Assembly (NCBI RefSeq): GCF_964213995.1
Contig: NC_135822.1
Coordinates: forward strand, 60,202,001-60,266,000
DNA length: 64,000 nucleotides
Direction: 5' to 3'
Source of the DNA: Mustelus asterias
Taxonomy: Eukaryota
Positions 13,185-26,400 of the stretch are shown piece after piece. Below the pieces are notes generated by a model that had not been told where the DNA came from, made no database searches, and worked only from the letters and a program-made list of their open reading frames with translations. The position numbers and the translations under genes were made by a program. How positions within the stretch are numbered: the first letter of the stretch is position 1; the number at the start of each line of letters is the position of its first letter.

Positions 13185-13660
13185 GCCTCGGGTCTGCGTG
13201 AGGTTTGCACGTCCCGTCCCCCCCGCTCTAACCTGGTGTTGTTAAAACTCATACTGGGTTTTCTCCCACAGTCCAAAGATGTGTAGGTTAGGTAGATTGG
13301 CCATGCAAAATTGTCCCTTAACCTACACGTTTTTGGACGCTAAGGGGCAATTTAGCATAGCCAATCCACCTTAACCTACACATTTTTGGACGCTAAGGTG
13401 GATTGGCTATGCTAAATTGCCCCTTAGCGTCCAAAATGTGTAGGTTAAGGTGGATTGGCCATGCTAAATTGCCCCTTGGTGTCCAAAAATGTGCAGGTTA
13501 AGGTGGATTGGCCATGCTAAATTTAAATTGCCCTTTTTGTGTCGGGGATTCGCAGGCCAACTATGTGGGGTTACGGGGATAGAGCTTGGGTGGGATAGTG
13601 GTCGGTGCAGGCACGATGGGCTGAGTGGCCTCTTTCTGCCATGCAGGGATTCTATGACTC
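13185..13660 (+). mobile_element. HE1 SINE with internal tandem and inverted duplications
   Basis: Repeated ~59-bp unit gtccaaaatgtgtaggttaaggtggattggccatgctaaattgcccctt in both orientations; tail gggattctatg. Confidence 0.85.
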
Positions 13661-14331
13661 TAAGGCATCAATCATGGTCCTGTGTAACTGGAACCATATG
13701 GCTGCACCTGCATACAATTTACAATATTTTGTGGTCTCTTGCCATTTTCTTGATTAAACTTCCATTCATGGGAGTGAATGGGTGAATTTCATTCTCAACA
13801 TTAACTATATTAAAATGAGCTCAAAAAATTAATATTGCAAATGCCTGCTACTAGTAACCCAATATGGCCGAGTTAATCAGATCTTCAATCTAGTACTGTT
13901 AATATTACTCTTGGTCTCAGCCCAGGTTTATTTTAATTGTGAATAACAAATGTTCTGTTGGTTTGAGGGTATCAGGGTTGATATTACGGTAAATATCCAT
14001 TTAGTTTGTTTCATGTCTTCAGTAATACTCCAGGTTGTCTTTAAGCATTTATTTGGTCCAAACTTGTTGATTTTTGACACTGCTAGTATAGCGTGATCTT
14101 TCTATGTTACATGTATTCCTTGCTTTGCTGACCAGGTGAAATCACTTCTTGTGAACAACTGTATTTCCTGAATGGCTTCAGTTCATAAGTACTTCGCTGG
14201 TTGTAACGTGTTTTGTGTTTGCTTAAAATGTGTGAAAACTGCTGTGCAAATGTAGATTTCTGTCTAATCAAATTATTTTGACTTTATTTTCCAGACTTTG
14301 TTTCTGAGATACCAGTGATTCAGACTTTAAA

Positions 14332-14410
14332 ATGGATGAAGATTTTGTTGTCCGTGTCCGTGGGCTTCCATGGTCCTGCACTGCTGATGAAGTGTTGCAC
14401 TTCTTCTCAG
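14332..14410 (+). CDS. hnRNP H-like coding exon 1 ([26 protein letters not shown])
   Basis: Acceptor ttttccag before 14295, ATG at 14332, donor AG|gttttg. Confidence 0.88.
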
Positions 14411-17400
14411 GTTTTGTGAATTAATCTGAATGATTGCTTTTAAGGAAATGTAGAATTCTTAAGTTGAGGGTGATTTACAGGTTTGAATTGTCTGGGAGTC
14501 TAGGCAAATTAGTTGGCAACAGTAAAGCATTGAATTTAAGTGGTACAGGAATTGGTGAGAAATTAATCATTCCTTGTGCATTGAGATTCATATGTGATAA
14601 TTGCTTGCTTCTAAAGAATACTTGTCTCTTCTCCCATGGCACATTACAGTTTCATGCAACCATTACTGAATTGAGAAAGCACTCTTCTTTACCCAGAAAT
14701 AAGTAAAAGCTGCATGCAGTTTGGACCTTGTTCTAAAAATTGTTACAGCTATTGACATTCAGAAAGTGTAACATGGTAAGATATGGGAACAGAAATGGGC
14801 CGTTTGGCCTATCAACTCTGCCATTCAAGGAGACTGGTCTGATCATCTTCAAGTCCATTTTCTCGTTTTTCCCCATAACCTTTGATTCTCTTATTGATTA
14901 AAGTCTTATTAGCCTCGAACATACTTAACCCAGCCTCTATAGCTCTGCGGTAAAGCATTCCACACATTCACTGCGCTCAGGAAAAAGTCCTCCTCACCTC
15001 TGTTTTAAATGGGCAACCCTTTACTGTGATCCTCGCCTCTCCCATGAGGGGAAACAACCTTATTGAATGTAGAACTGCTTTGGTGAAGAATCCCAATAGT
15101 GCCCTGTACACTTGATTGTTGGGCCAAATGTTAGCGCATGTACCAATTCAGATGCAACAATTTTCTCGGTGTTCTTTGTTGGAAGGTGGGATACATGTGG
15201 GATATCTTGAGGTAGAGCAGCTGTTCTCTTTGTTACTGTGTCTTCTGGTCAATGCTGTTCTTGAGTTCTCTATTACATTTAGTGGCTATCTGGTATTTAT
15301 GGTTTCACTGTCCCCAACATTAATAAATTTCTGTCTGCTGTTTCGATCCCTTTCTTTCAAAGACATCCATCGCATCTGAATTTTAAATTGTTCTGTTCTG
15401 GTCGACATTAGATCTTGCAACTCAAGACAATACAGATATTGGTTGAAGTGGTCAAAGCTTTTGGCATGCTATGAAGGGATAACTGGTTGGGGTGGTAATT
15501 TGTTTGTTGGACACGTGCATTTTCAGTATACACAATTACACAATACCCTGTGCTTTTTCTATGAGCACACTTGCTTCACAATGCCTTTGCTATTTTTATG
15601 CCAATTCCTGCTTCCTGTCCCCCTTCTTAGTGTAGCAGAATAATAATTTGGTAAATCGTGTGCTGCTTTTAGATTGCAAGATATTAAATGGAACTGGTGG
15701 AATACACTTCACCTATTTAAGAGGAGGCCGCCCCAGTGGTGAAGCCTTTGTTCAGTTGGAAACTGATGAAGATGTAAAACGTGCCCTTGCAAAGGACCGG
15801 GAAAGCATGGGCCATAGATACATCGAAGGTAAGATCTTATAAGCAATTAGTTAATCTGATAGAAGTCTTGGTTTACCGTGGCAATAATTTTTGATCAGAG
15901 GATCAATAAGTAATATTTAGGTTCTATTGCGTGAGCTTAACTTTGAAGCACATTCCCGCTGGCCTCCTGTCTTCCACCGTCAGAACTTTGATCTCTGTAT
16001 CCAAATGTGGACCAATTTGTGTTCTTCCAGTGCTAATTACTGATTTGAAATTGTTGTAAATTCTTCCGTCATCTCTATAATTCTCAGCTTCCAAGATGCC
16101 CGCTTGTTGGCATTCATTCCCAATTGGTGGCAGGCTATCTTTTTCTGGCCCACATCAACTACAGTGATATATGAAATTTTGTATGAGCCCACTCCTGGCT
16201 TATAATGTTTCACTAACATCTCAGCAAAATTTGTGAAATCTAGCCCAAAGCTGCTTCAGACCTAGTCCATTAATCTGCTGTAGAGCATAGTCAAATTGAA
16301 ATCTTGTTAAAGGAGCAGACTGCAGATTTCTATGCAACCAAAACTTGATGAATACACAGCCAGTGTAGATATAGGATATGTGCTTATTGATCACCGTGAC
16401 AGCTTTTGGTTAAGGACATTGCTCATGTGGTTCTTGCATTTTCTAGTTTTATCAGTTCTGAATGGTAATCACTCCAGCTCTGGGTCATTTAAATAAGGCA
16501 TAAATGTCAAGTTAGTTTAACAGTGTCTTTTTTTCATATCTCTGCAAAATGTCTGTCATTTGCAACTTGTGTTCACAGTGTTTGAGACTAAAGCTACTGA
16601 AATGGACTGGGCACTGAAACATGCTAACCCGAATCAAACTGAGTCAACGAGTGATGGAACAGTGCGCCTTAGAGGCTTGCCCTTTGGCTGCAGCAAAGAG
16701 GAAATTTTGCAGTTTTTCACAGGTACCTTTTGCTTTTTTTAAACTTTCTCCAATAATGGAACGCCAAGTATTTGGGCATGTGGGTCTGATGTGGTAATGT
16801 CATAGTAATTTTAGAGTGGGTTACTTTCTTAGGGAAGGTTTGGGGGGACATTTTGTGTAGCTTGGGGATAGCCTGTCAGATGGTTATTTGTGCTTGACGT
16901 TAATGTGCGAGGCTGATCAATACAAACTTCTGTCAATTGGGGATGGTGGGGTGAGGGGAGGAGTGGGCGAATAGCTAAATAATCACTGACTGGTAGAATG
17001 GCACAGAATTGGGCACAAGGGTTTTTTTTGTTCCAAAAAAAGATTATTTTGAAAGTTTAAATGCCTTTTGACGGTTTGGAATTTAGCAGAATGATTTACA
17101 ATAAAGGCAATTCTTACACCATTACTTAAGAAATGCAATTGCTGTAAACATATAGTCTAAAGAAAACAAAGTTGTTTGTGGGATTTTTGGTTGCAGTTTT
17201 CAGCAAGGGTCACAAGTTAGCTCCATAGTCCCGGCAAAGCTTATTGAACCAAGTTCTCAAACCACTTTTCTTTTTGTTTAAGGTGAATTATTTTACAGTG
17301 TAGGTTACATTTGTTGATGAAACACCAGCAAAATTTTACTTGTTTTTTTCTTAAGGCCACAGAGGCAGTTTAATAATTTTGCTTTTTCATTTTGAGTCTG

Positions 17401-20400
17401 AGAATTGATTTTTTTTCCCCAAAGTTAATCCTTGAGTCCAATCTTGTGAGCCAGTAATATAAAAGATAACTTATTATTTTATTAACATTTGAAGGAATTG
17501 TTTAGAATCTGACATTTTGTGCTAAATTTTCTAGTAACTTTACATCTGCTAATTGAAAAATAACTTTAGCAGGTAACAAATTCAAACCTTTGCCACGTGA
17601 TCTTCCAATTTTTATATTTGATTTGTAAATACTTAAACACAAGTTTAACACTGATATTTGCTTTCGATTTTAGTAACACAAATGCTGCTTTTGGTTGAAC
17701 AAAGGTTTTAAACTATTCCTTTTAATGTGTTCGTGTCCAGTCAAGGTTGCGTTTCTTGGGTTCTGGTGGTAGTCATGCTATAATTTGGCATCTGTTGTGT
17801 TGCACCATGGAGTGGTAGATGCAGGTATGTGCTTGCCATTCCCATGGAGTTTCCAAGCCCACCTTTGCCAAAGACCAGGCTCTTTCTCCACACAGGAGAG
17901 TAACTTGGATTTCTGCACCTCTAGCCATGGCTTCATAGCCATGTTGACTGTCAGCCTGCCCTCGGGCTTCTTGTGCCTAAATGTGGGAAGACCCAAAGAA
18001 GGGATGGAAACCTAAAATGGGTGTCTCGCCCTCAAATTGGGTTCTTTTGTTTCCATGTTGACAGTTTAAAATCGTTTCTACTGATATACAAATGTGTTTT
18101 TAAGTTTTAAGTTGTGCTAATGTCTCAGCACTTCAAGTCACTGTAGTTACTGGCTGTGAAGAATTTATAATTGGGTCAGAAGGTTGCAGTAACCATAAAC
18201 AAAATCTCATGTTGTTATAACCAGACAGCCACAGTGTTAGTGGGTGGGAAAGTTTTTAAGTGTTTTGCCATTCCATTTCCCTTTTCCACCTCTAACTGAA
18301 GGTGCCAACTGCTTGCTGTATTACATTGCATGTATCTGGTTCCTTGCTTAAATGGCTACTTTTCGTGTGTGAACTTCATGGTGAGTGCCAGCAAGGTTTT
18401 CAACCACTGGGGGAGCATCTTGAGCCCCAAGATGGCCTTGTCTAATCCTGTGGGCATGACTGGATAACAGGTAAGCATGTCCTTGGCTGGGGTGAGTGTT
18501 TAGCATAGAGTAGCAGTTAAGGATCCATTTCCTAGGTTGAGACTGGCTGCTGATTTGATTCAGCCTGCTAATACTTTGAGGATCTCGCATGGATCAGGGT
18601 GTGGGGTGGATAACTCAGCTCAGTTGAAATTGTGTTGCATATATTATCCTGTAATTGAACATGCCAGAAAAGTTTGGCTGCATTTTGACCAGGTAATCTT
18701 CAGTAAGAGTAGAAGTTACCTTGCTATTAGGCTGGATCGATGTCCTAGTTTTTGGTTTCTTCACAGTCAGTAACTTGCAGCATGTAAGCAGACTCTTATA
18801 TTTTAAGACCATGTAAATTGGTGTATTGACGCAGAGTTTGCTTGGTGAATGCATTGGCTGCATAGTGCTAATTACCTAAAGTAACAAGATCCTGATTTGT
18901 TTTCTTATGACCTTTAATAGTGAAGCTTGATGCTCTTATATTTTTGTACAGTTTAAAAGATCCAATCCCAGCTATTGAGTTTTGTTACCAAGCAAATAGG
19001 TTCAGTTATACATGAAGCTCTCTGAAGTTGCTGTCTTAATCACTGTAGTTTCTTAATTGGTTATTTCTTAATTATGCAATTCCTAAATTGTAGCATACTT
19101 GTTTACTGCCATCATTACTTTTCCAACAAACAATGTTAGTAGTCAGTTAATTGTGGTAATTATGTAAAATATGTTGATGTACTGTTTGCAGCCTGTAACT
19201 GACACTCAAGTTCTGTTCAGCCTTCATTGGCTTGCACAGACTTGATAGGAAGTGAAGCACTTTTGCATAAACCTGCTGATGGGGCCTTGACTTGCAGATG
19301 AGTCTGTATTGACATGAAGTGAAGAAAGTCACATTTCAACTGTATTTCTTCATGGACAAAGCAAGTGAGGCTCAGACTCTTGATCATGTGATTATCAATC
19401 GAAACTCTAATAATCCTAATCGCCATGGTTCCAGCAGATTAAGATTTATCTATATAGTTTCATTTTAACATTATATGCTTTTATATTTCCCCATAATCAC
19501 CTAAATTTTGTAATTCCAAATATTGGTTTCCATTGTAGGTGTAATGTTGAACCAGTTTGAACAATACTGCAGCAACTCGTTTTGTTTGTATTGCTAGTTT
19601 GGCTGTATAGTCACTATTTAATTTGCAAAATTTATTCCAGTTGCCAAAATTGGCTATTGTCAAATGCCCCTGTAAGCTTTGGTTTGAAGTGCAAGCCTGG
19701 TTTTTGTTGGATCTTTGCTTTATTTAAACAGCATTTTGCAGCCATTTGCCTCATTAGTCAATTCTGATATCAGTACTCAATATTGATATGCTGTAGTATG
19801 TGTATGAGTAGGAATGTTTCAATTTTTAATATTGTTCCCCTTGTGGGGTATTTGTCCTTGGGTTGAAGGGTTGGAAATCGTGCCAAATGGGATAACATTG
19901 CCGGTGGACTACCAGGGGAGAAGCACGGGGGAAGCCTTCGTGCAGTTTGCATCAAAGGAGATAGCTGAAAAAGCACTGGGGAAACACAAGGAAAGAATAG
20001 GGCACAGGTGGGGATGGACGGCAGGGTGGCTCATACGTCTTTAAGCCCACTTGTTCAGGTTGCAGAATTCATCCATTTTTGCAGAGAAAATAGTCGAACC
20101 TCCCACACGCCATTGGAAAGCTTGAGTGGGGACTCAACTGATTTTTCTAAATTGTGTGTAAAAGATGTCCTATACTATAGGGCCCTCCATATGTATATGT
20201 GTATGACTTGAAAATGATTGATTATACATGGTGGTAATCTACTAGGGCAGTGTTTGCCAAAATTGTTAAGTTTTTGTAAAGATTTTACTGTCCATGGAGA
20301 GGGCCCTACAGTTTAGGATTGTCACAGATGTATACATTAAAATTACATTTGCTGCGAATTGATCAATTTTAAATTAGTACTTTGGTACATTTGGATTAAT

Positions 20401-23400
20401 TAAATTACACATACAAAGTGCAGTTACAAAAAAATATTTGTAACATTTACAAACAAATATGACAATTGTCAGAAGTTTTCCCTGTTTGTAGAATTTTATC
20501 AGCTTAGTGCTTGAAGCACACAGCATTCCAAGCTTCTGTCTTCATCTAACCTAATGGGAAGGTGATGACTAGTTGGCTTGCTGATTTAAAAAATTATATA
20601 TATTCTATTCTCCAGTAGAAATGTATTGCACTGAAATCAGTATTCCGATTTGCGTTCAGAAGCGTCGGTGTAATTAGCCAATTGGTGAAATTTGTCCCAA
20701 ATGCTTGTTGTACTAAGCTTTGTATTTGAAAAAAAAAATCAATGTCTGACTTGATGCCTTACTTGCATGTAGCTTGGGATTTTATTCCATTGGAGTTAGT
20801 CCGTTGGAGAGGCCAGTTTCACAGATTGCAGTCAGTCACATTATGACTGAACCAATGCTGATAGTGTTTTTCCTTTGTCCCTCAACACCCTTAGTTTGTT
20901 CAAACTTCTAGTGTGAAATTGCATTTAGATGAGACCAGGTTCCAAAATGGGAAAAGATTGTATTGTGCATGGCTTTCCTTCTGGAAAGATGTATCCCTCA
21001 AGTCCAAGGTTTTTTGAGTGCTTTTTTTTATTGAGGCACATGCTCTGAGAATATAGTTTCCCAACCCTATTGGGCAGCCAGGTGACTAGCTTTCTATTGG
21101 CAGCCTGCTGTTGGGTTTCTGATTGCCATTTGAAACCAGATGAGTCAAGAATGGCACTAAGATAAATGTGGAACGTGCATTTGGCTGAGTTCATATTTGA
21201 ATGGAATTTGCAGAACTTGCATCTCTTGGTACCCAGCAATCTGTGCCATATGAGATTACATTTCACTACTGCAAATAGTGGTGGAATGATATTTCCATTC
21301 TTATCTGTCTTGAACGGATTCAGATAGGCCACCTGCTGTTAATTTAACTGGTCGCTCCCATGGTTCCAATTTGTGCTACAACAAGTCAGACATTTTCCTC
21401 TAATTGATAGATTATTGCAAAATTTTCATAGTTGCTGTATTTAAAGTCAGTTTAAATTAATCATACTTTTGCTAAGACCTTTGTAATGACAGATTGATTG
21501 CTCTGGCGAAAAGTTAATTTTACTGTGCATTGAATTTAAAGATCATTGATAATCGGCGTGCTGATCAATAATTTTAAGTGGCCTTGTCAGGGTGCCATCC
21601 AGTGGTAATGGATCAACTTGCCACTTCACTCAAATGCTACGAGGGTGCAATGGTTGAAGCATTTGGAAATTTTGGTGTTAACTTTAATTAACAGTTCCGT
21701 ATGCACAAGTGTATTTAATTTGTCATTTAAGAATGTACACCAACACTTGTGCTTGTTTTTAAATTTTGGCAATGCCAGAAAGTGTTATTCACCTGTAGTT
21801 TGAAGCAGATCCCAATCTTTAAACAATGCTGCTGGCCTTAACATTCCAGTATGGTTCATTCCAAAATGAATGGTGGTGATTGTCTACTTTCCATAAACCT
21901 CCATGAGTGTTAGTATTGTCATATTTTAAGAGCCAACTTCAGAAATGCTTACTTATGTTTTGTATTTTCCTGTTGCAACTTAGAAAATTGTGCTTGAGGA
22001 AATAGCTGAAATTGAAACCCTTTTCACCAGAGCAATCTACGCTTATGAGATTAACATCTTTAGTAATGACTTAAAATATAATCAAAGCCATGAGGTAAAT
22101 ATATTCATTATGGCTGTTTAGGTATATTGAAATCTTCAGGAGCAGTAGAGGTGAGGTTCGAGCTTATCATGATCCTCCAAGAAGGTTAATGGGGCAGCGA
22201 CCAGGACCTTATGATAGACCAATGGCAGGTGGACGAACTGGCTATGGTGGTCCAGGGCCAATGAGAGGAGACATGTTTGACCGTGCACGCAGAGGGTCTG
22301 GATATGGTGGAGGTAAGAGCATTGGAAGTATCAAATGGGTTTCTGGGTCTAGAGGACTTATTTAGCACGGCCTGTTAAAGTTCATGATTATTGTCATAGA
22401 ACCCCTACAGTGCAGAAGAGACCATTCGACCCATCGAGCCAACACTGACAACAATCCCACCCAAGCCCTATCTCTGTAACCCCACGTATTTACCCTGCTA
22501 ATCTCCCTGACACTAAGGAACACATTTACCATGGCCAATCCACCTTTCTATCCACCCCACATATTTGCACCATCTTTGTTTCCTGCAACTTCTTTTGCAG
22601 GTGAACTAGATGTTAACCTGCCTTTTAAAATCAAGGCTGTTTACATTAATAAAATTACACATTTTTTGAAAGGGGCTGCAAGTCTAGCTGGGTACAACTT
22701 TTATTTGGTCAAACTGCTAAATTTATTTTTCTCCTAGGTTATGGCAACTTTGATGATTATGGTTATAATGATAACTATGGTTATGGCCGTGATGCATATG
22801 GACATAATTCCAGAGGTGGTGGAATGATGGATAGAGGTAGGATAATGAAGTTTTTATTGCACGTTTGCTTCGAGGGGAAAAACGCTTGTTCAAACTAAAA
22901 CTTGGTTAATGCTTTTGACATGTGCCACCTGAAAAGGTTGCTGCAGAACTAAAGTCAATCGTTTTAGCCATGGATTAACTTGCATGTCGAATATTATTTT
23001 TGCTTTGTGTTTCGAAGGTAGAATGAGTAAAGTATTAATTTTATGGAGTTGTGTGACAGTGCATGACTGTATATTCTTGATGTATAGGCATGGGAAGCCG
23101 TGGTTATGGTGGAGCAGGCGATGCTGGTCCTCTGTTTCAGAATGGTACTGGTCATTATGTACACATGAGAGGATTACCGTTCAGAGCTTCTGAAGGAGAT
23201 GTTGCTGATGTAAGTATGCCTTTCAGGAATCATTTACTAGTAAATGTGTGATAGGAACCTATAAACTGAAAGACCAACCCATGAAACTTTGAACAACGTC
23301 CCTTTGATTCCATTCATTTTCGAATGGTAAACTCATGGAGTATACCTATAAATGGGGAACAGAAGCTGAAGTCATTCTTGTATTGATTTTTTTTTACTTT

Positions 23401-26400
23401 ACAAACTATAAACTGCATTGGAAGTTTTATTCAAGTTGTGAGAAAAGTGGCATTTGTCTTTGCTTCCTGATGTTAGAATCCCTGGTTGAATTTCATTTAC
23501 TTGGCCTGACATTTCAGTTCTGACAAGGACCTCAGAATCACATTGTTTCCAGCACCAGTGATTCTTGCATTGTTTATTTTGCTCGTTTTGTGAAAATTAA
23601 ATAATCGGTGCTGTACTTTACAACTGCAACTCTTGTTCCCTGTAGTTTTTTTCACCACTGATTCCTGTGAAGATCAACTTTGAATATGGCTCAGATGGTC
23701 GCCTGACTGGAGAGGCTGATGTTGAGTTTGCTACTCATGAAGATGCAGTTGCTGCTATGTCTAAAGATAAAGCACACATGCGTGAGTAATTTATTGTTTG
23801 GAATGAAAATCATAGCTCCCAACAGTACAAAGAACAAAGAAAATTACAGCACAGGAACAGGCCCTTTGGCCCTCCAAGCCTGCACCGACCAGGCTGCCCG
23901 ACTGAACTAAAATCCCCTACCCTTCCGGGAACCATATCCCTCCATTCCCATCCTATTCATGTATTTGTCAAGATCCCACTTAAAACTCACTATCGTATCT
24001 GCTTCCACTACCAACCCCCAGCAGCGAGTTCTAGGCACTCCACCATCCTCTTTTTTTAAAAAAAAAACTTGCTTCGTACATAGTCCCAACATTCAACAGG
24101 TGAGCATTAATTTGTCTTCCAATGAGTTCACTTTCCAGGTGCATCAACATTGTCCAGATCTTGTTTTATATATTGGTGCATTCTCTGAGACTGAACTTTT
24201 GATTCAAGTTTACTTCCAGTGACTCGGTGAAAGGAGGCAACGAGGATTCACAACTTTCACAAATGACTAAAAATCAGTATTTTTCAAAGGCAACTTCCAA
24301 CTACAGAAAAGAGATTCTCCATTCAATTTTAGCACAACTGAAAATCTCCCAATACAGTGTGGTACATTCTGCTGTCCCTGAAATGGACATCCAGGATCAG
24401 TCCCCTCCGTTCCTAATGGCTTGCTTTGCTTTGCTTTGAACTGTCCATGCGCTCACTTTGTACATACTACATGCCTAAAGTGAGTAATTATGCTGGTCTC
24501 CCAGCATCTGAGCTGTATTCCTTCCCGACATACTGACGATAGGTAGCATAAAGCTGAATTAAGCATTCTCCTTAAACAGGATAACAGCAATAGCACACCA
24601 CCATCACAACGGATTACTCATTATTAACGTAAATATCCTGCAGCAGTGTCTCAGTAACACAATCTAAGCCCTCCTTTGATCCTGACAATTAAACCACCTA
24701 AATTAGCTGTCAGACTCCCTTCACCCTAAATTTAAAGCTACAGTTCCAAAATCTTAAAACCAAAAGAGACAGAGCAGAACCATAAACAGCAATTATTATA
24801 ATAAACTAATTCATTCTATTGCATCCTTTCATGTTGTTTTGTCCTTAGAAAGGACCCTGCCTGATAGCAATAAGGAATGCTGGAATACTCAGGTTAGGCA
24901 GCACCTCTGGAGAGTGGGTGTGGTCTTTTCAACATCACTGTGCAGATGATTTTCTCTATGCTGTTTAACCTGCATTTCCAGTCACTTTTTTTTCATTTCA
25001 ATTCTCAGACTTATCATTTTGTTCAAGGTTGATGGTAATCCAACTATCTTAAATACTTGTATTTATCAGTTGCAACATCTTGGTTTTTGAATTCTGTGCT
25101 TTGAGTAAGGCTGATGTTACAAATATTTGTCTTGAGAAAATGTTCTCAAGATATAAAATTGAGTTTATTGTCCAATTCTGAAACTGCTGACATGCAAATG
25201 AATGATTTAATTACTTGTCTGTTTTTTTTTAGAACATCGGTATATTGAGTTGTTCCTGGATTCAACAGCCAATATGGGAAGTGGGCCTGGTTATGGAAAT
25301 CACAGAATGGGTGCTATGGGCATGGGGATGGACCATTATGCAGCAGGTGATTCTCATTTAAAACTTGTCAGAATGGGCATTGAATTAAGGATGCAACATT
25401 GACTAACATGATCGAATTTGGGGCCACAGTGTTTCTTTACATAGATTTTAGGGAAGAGGGGGTTCTGAATGCTTTGACGTGTATGGTATAGGTAGAGGAA
25501 TCCAATTTTCTGACTTTTTAACCAGTGTTTTCAACGTACTGACTACCAGCTAGCTCCTGTTCATCATATTTACTAAGTGTTGATTTCTAGTTGAAAACTA
25601 AATGGTTCTTATGTTCTTAGTATTTGCTCCACCTGTGGATCAAGAAATGCAGGAATATTGGTGGCTGTACAACAGTCCCTCTACAAATTTATAGTCATAG
25701 AGCAATATGGCATAGAAACAGGCCCTTCAGCCCAACTTGTCCATGTCAACTATGGTGCCCTCCCAACTGGTCCCAGTTGACTGTGTTTGGCCCATTTCCC
25801 TTTAATCCTTTCCCATCCATCTACTTATCCAAATGCTTTTTAAATGTTATTGAACCTGCCTCAACCACTTTCTCTGGCAGCTCATTCCATATACACATCA
25901 CCCTCTGTGTGAAGAAGTTGCCCCTTGGGTTCCTTTAAATCTTTTCCCTGCCTTTAACCTATGTCCTCTAGTTTTCAATTCCCCTACCCTGGGAAAAAGA
26001 CTTCATCCATTGGGAAGAAAGGTTTCAATAATGTGCTGCAACATTACACCCTGAGGAAGGCTGTGTGTTGTATGTGCCAAATTGTTGCTGTTTTGCATTT
26101 TAGCACTGCACTACAGTTGGCAAGTAACAGCTAGAACAGGAGGGTGTCTGCCTTTGGGCACTAGCTGGGGGCAGTGCCAAGTGATTAGCGTAGACATGGG
26201 AACTGCTTGGTGACTTGAGGTGGAAAGATTAAAACATCTAAATTTCCATTTTCTTTTGATGTATAGGCAATCAAGGAGGCTATGGGCATAACAACCAGGG
26301 TATGGGAAATAGTTATGGCAATATGGGAAATAACTATGGTGGATATGGAAGTGCTGGCAACGCACGTGGATTTGGTAAGTGCTGCTCCTTGTGACTAAAA

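Noticed and set aside
11321-13286. Long ORFs (109-179 aa) around the promoter
   Set aside because: By-products of the GC-rich CpG island and the 91-bp tandem repeat; no recognisable protein features.
20562-20634. Possible C/D snoRNA (GTGATGA...CTGA, 73 nt)
   Set aside because: No terminal stem, no clear C' box and no rRNA/snRNA guide I could recognise.
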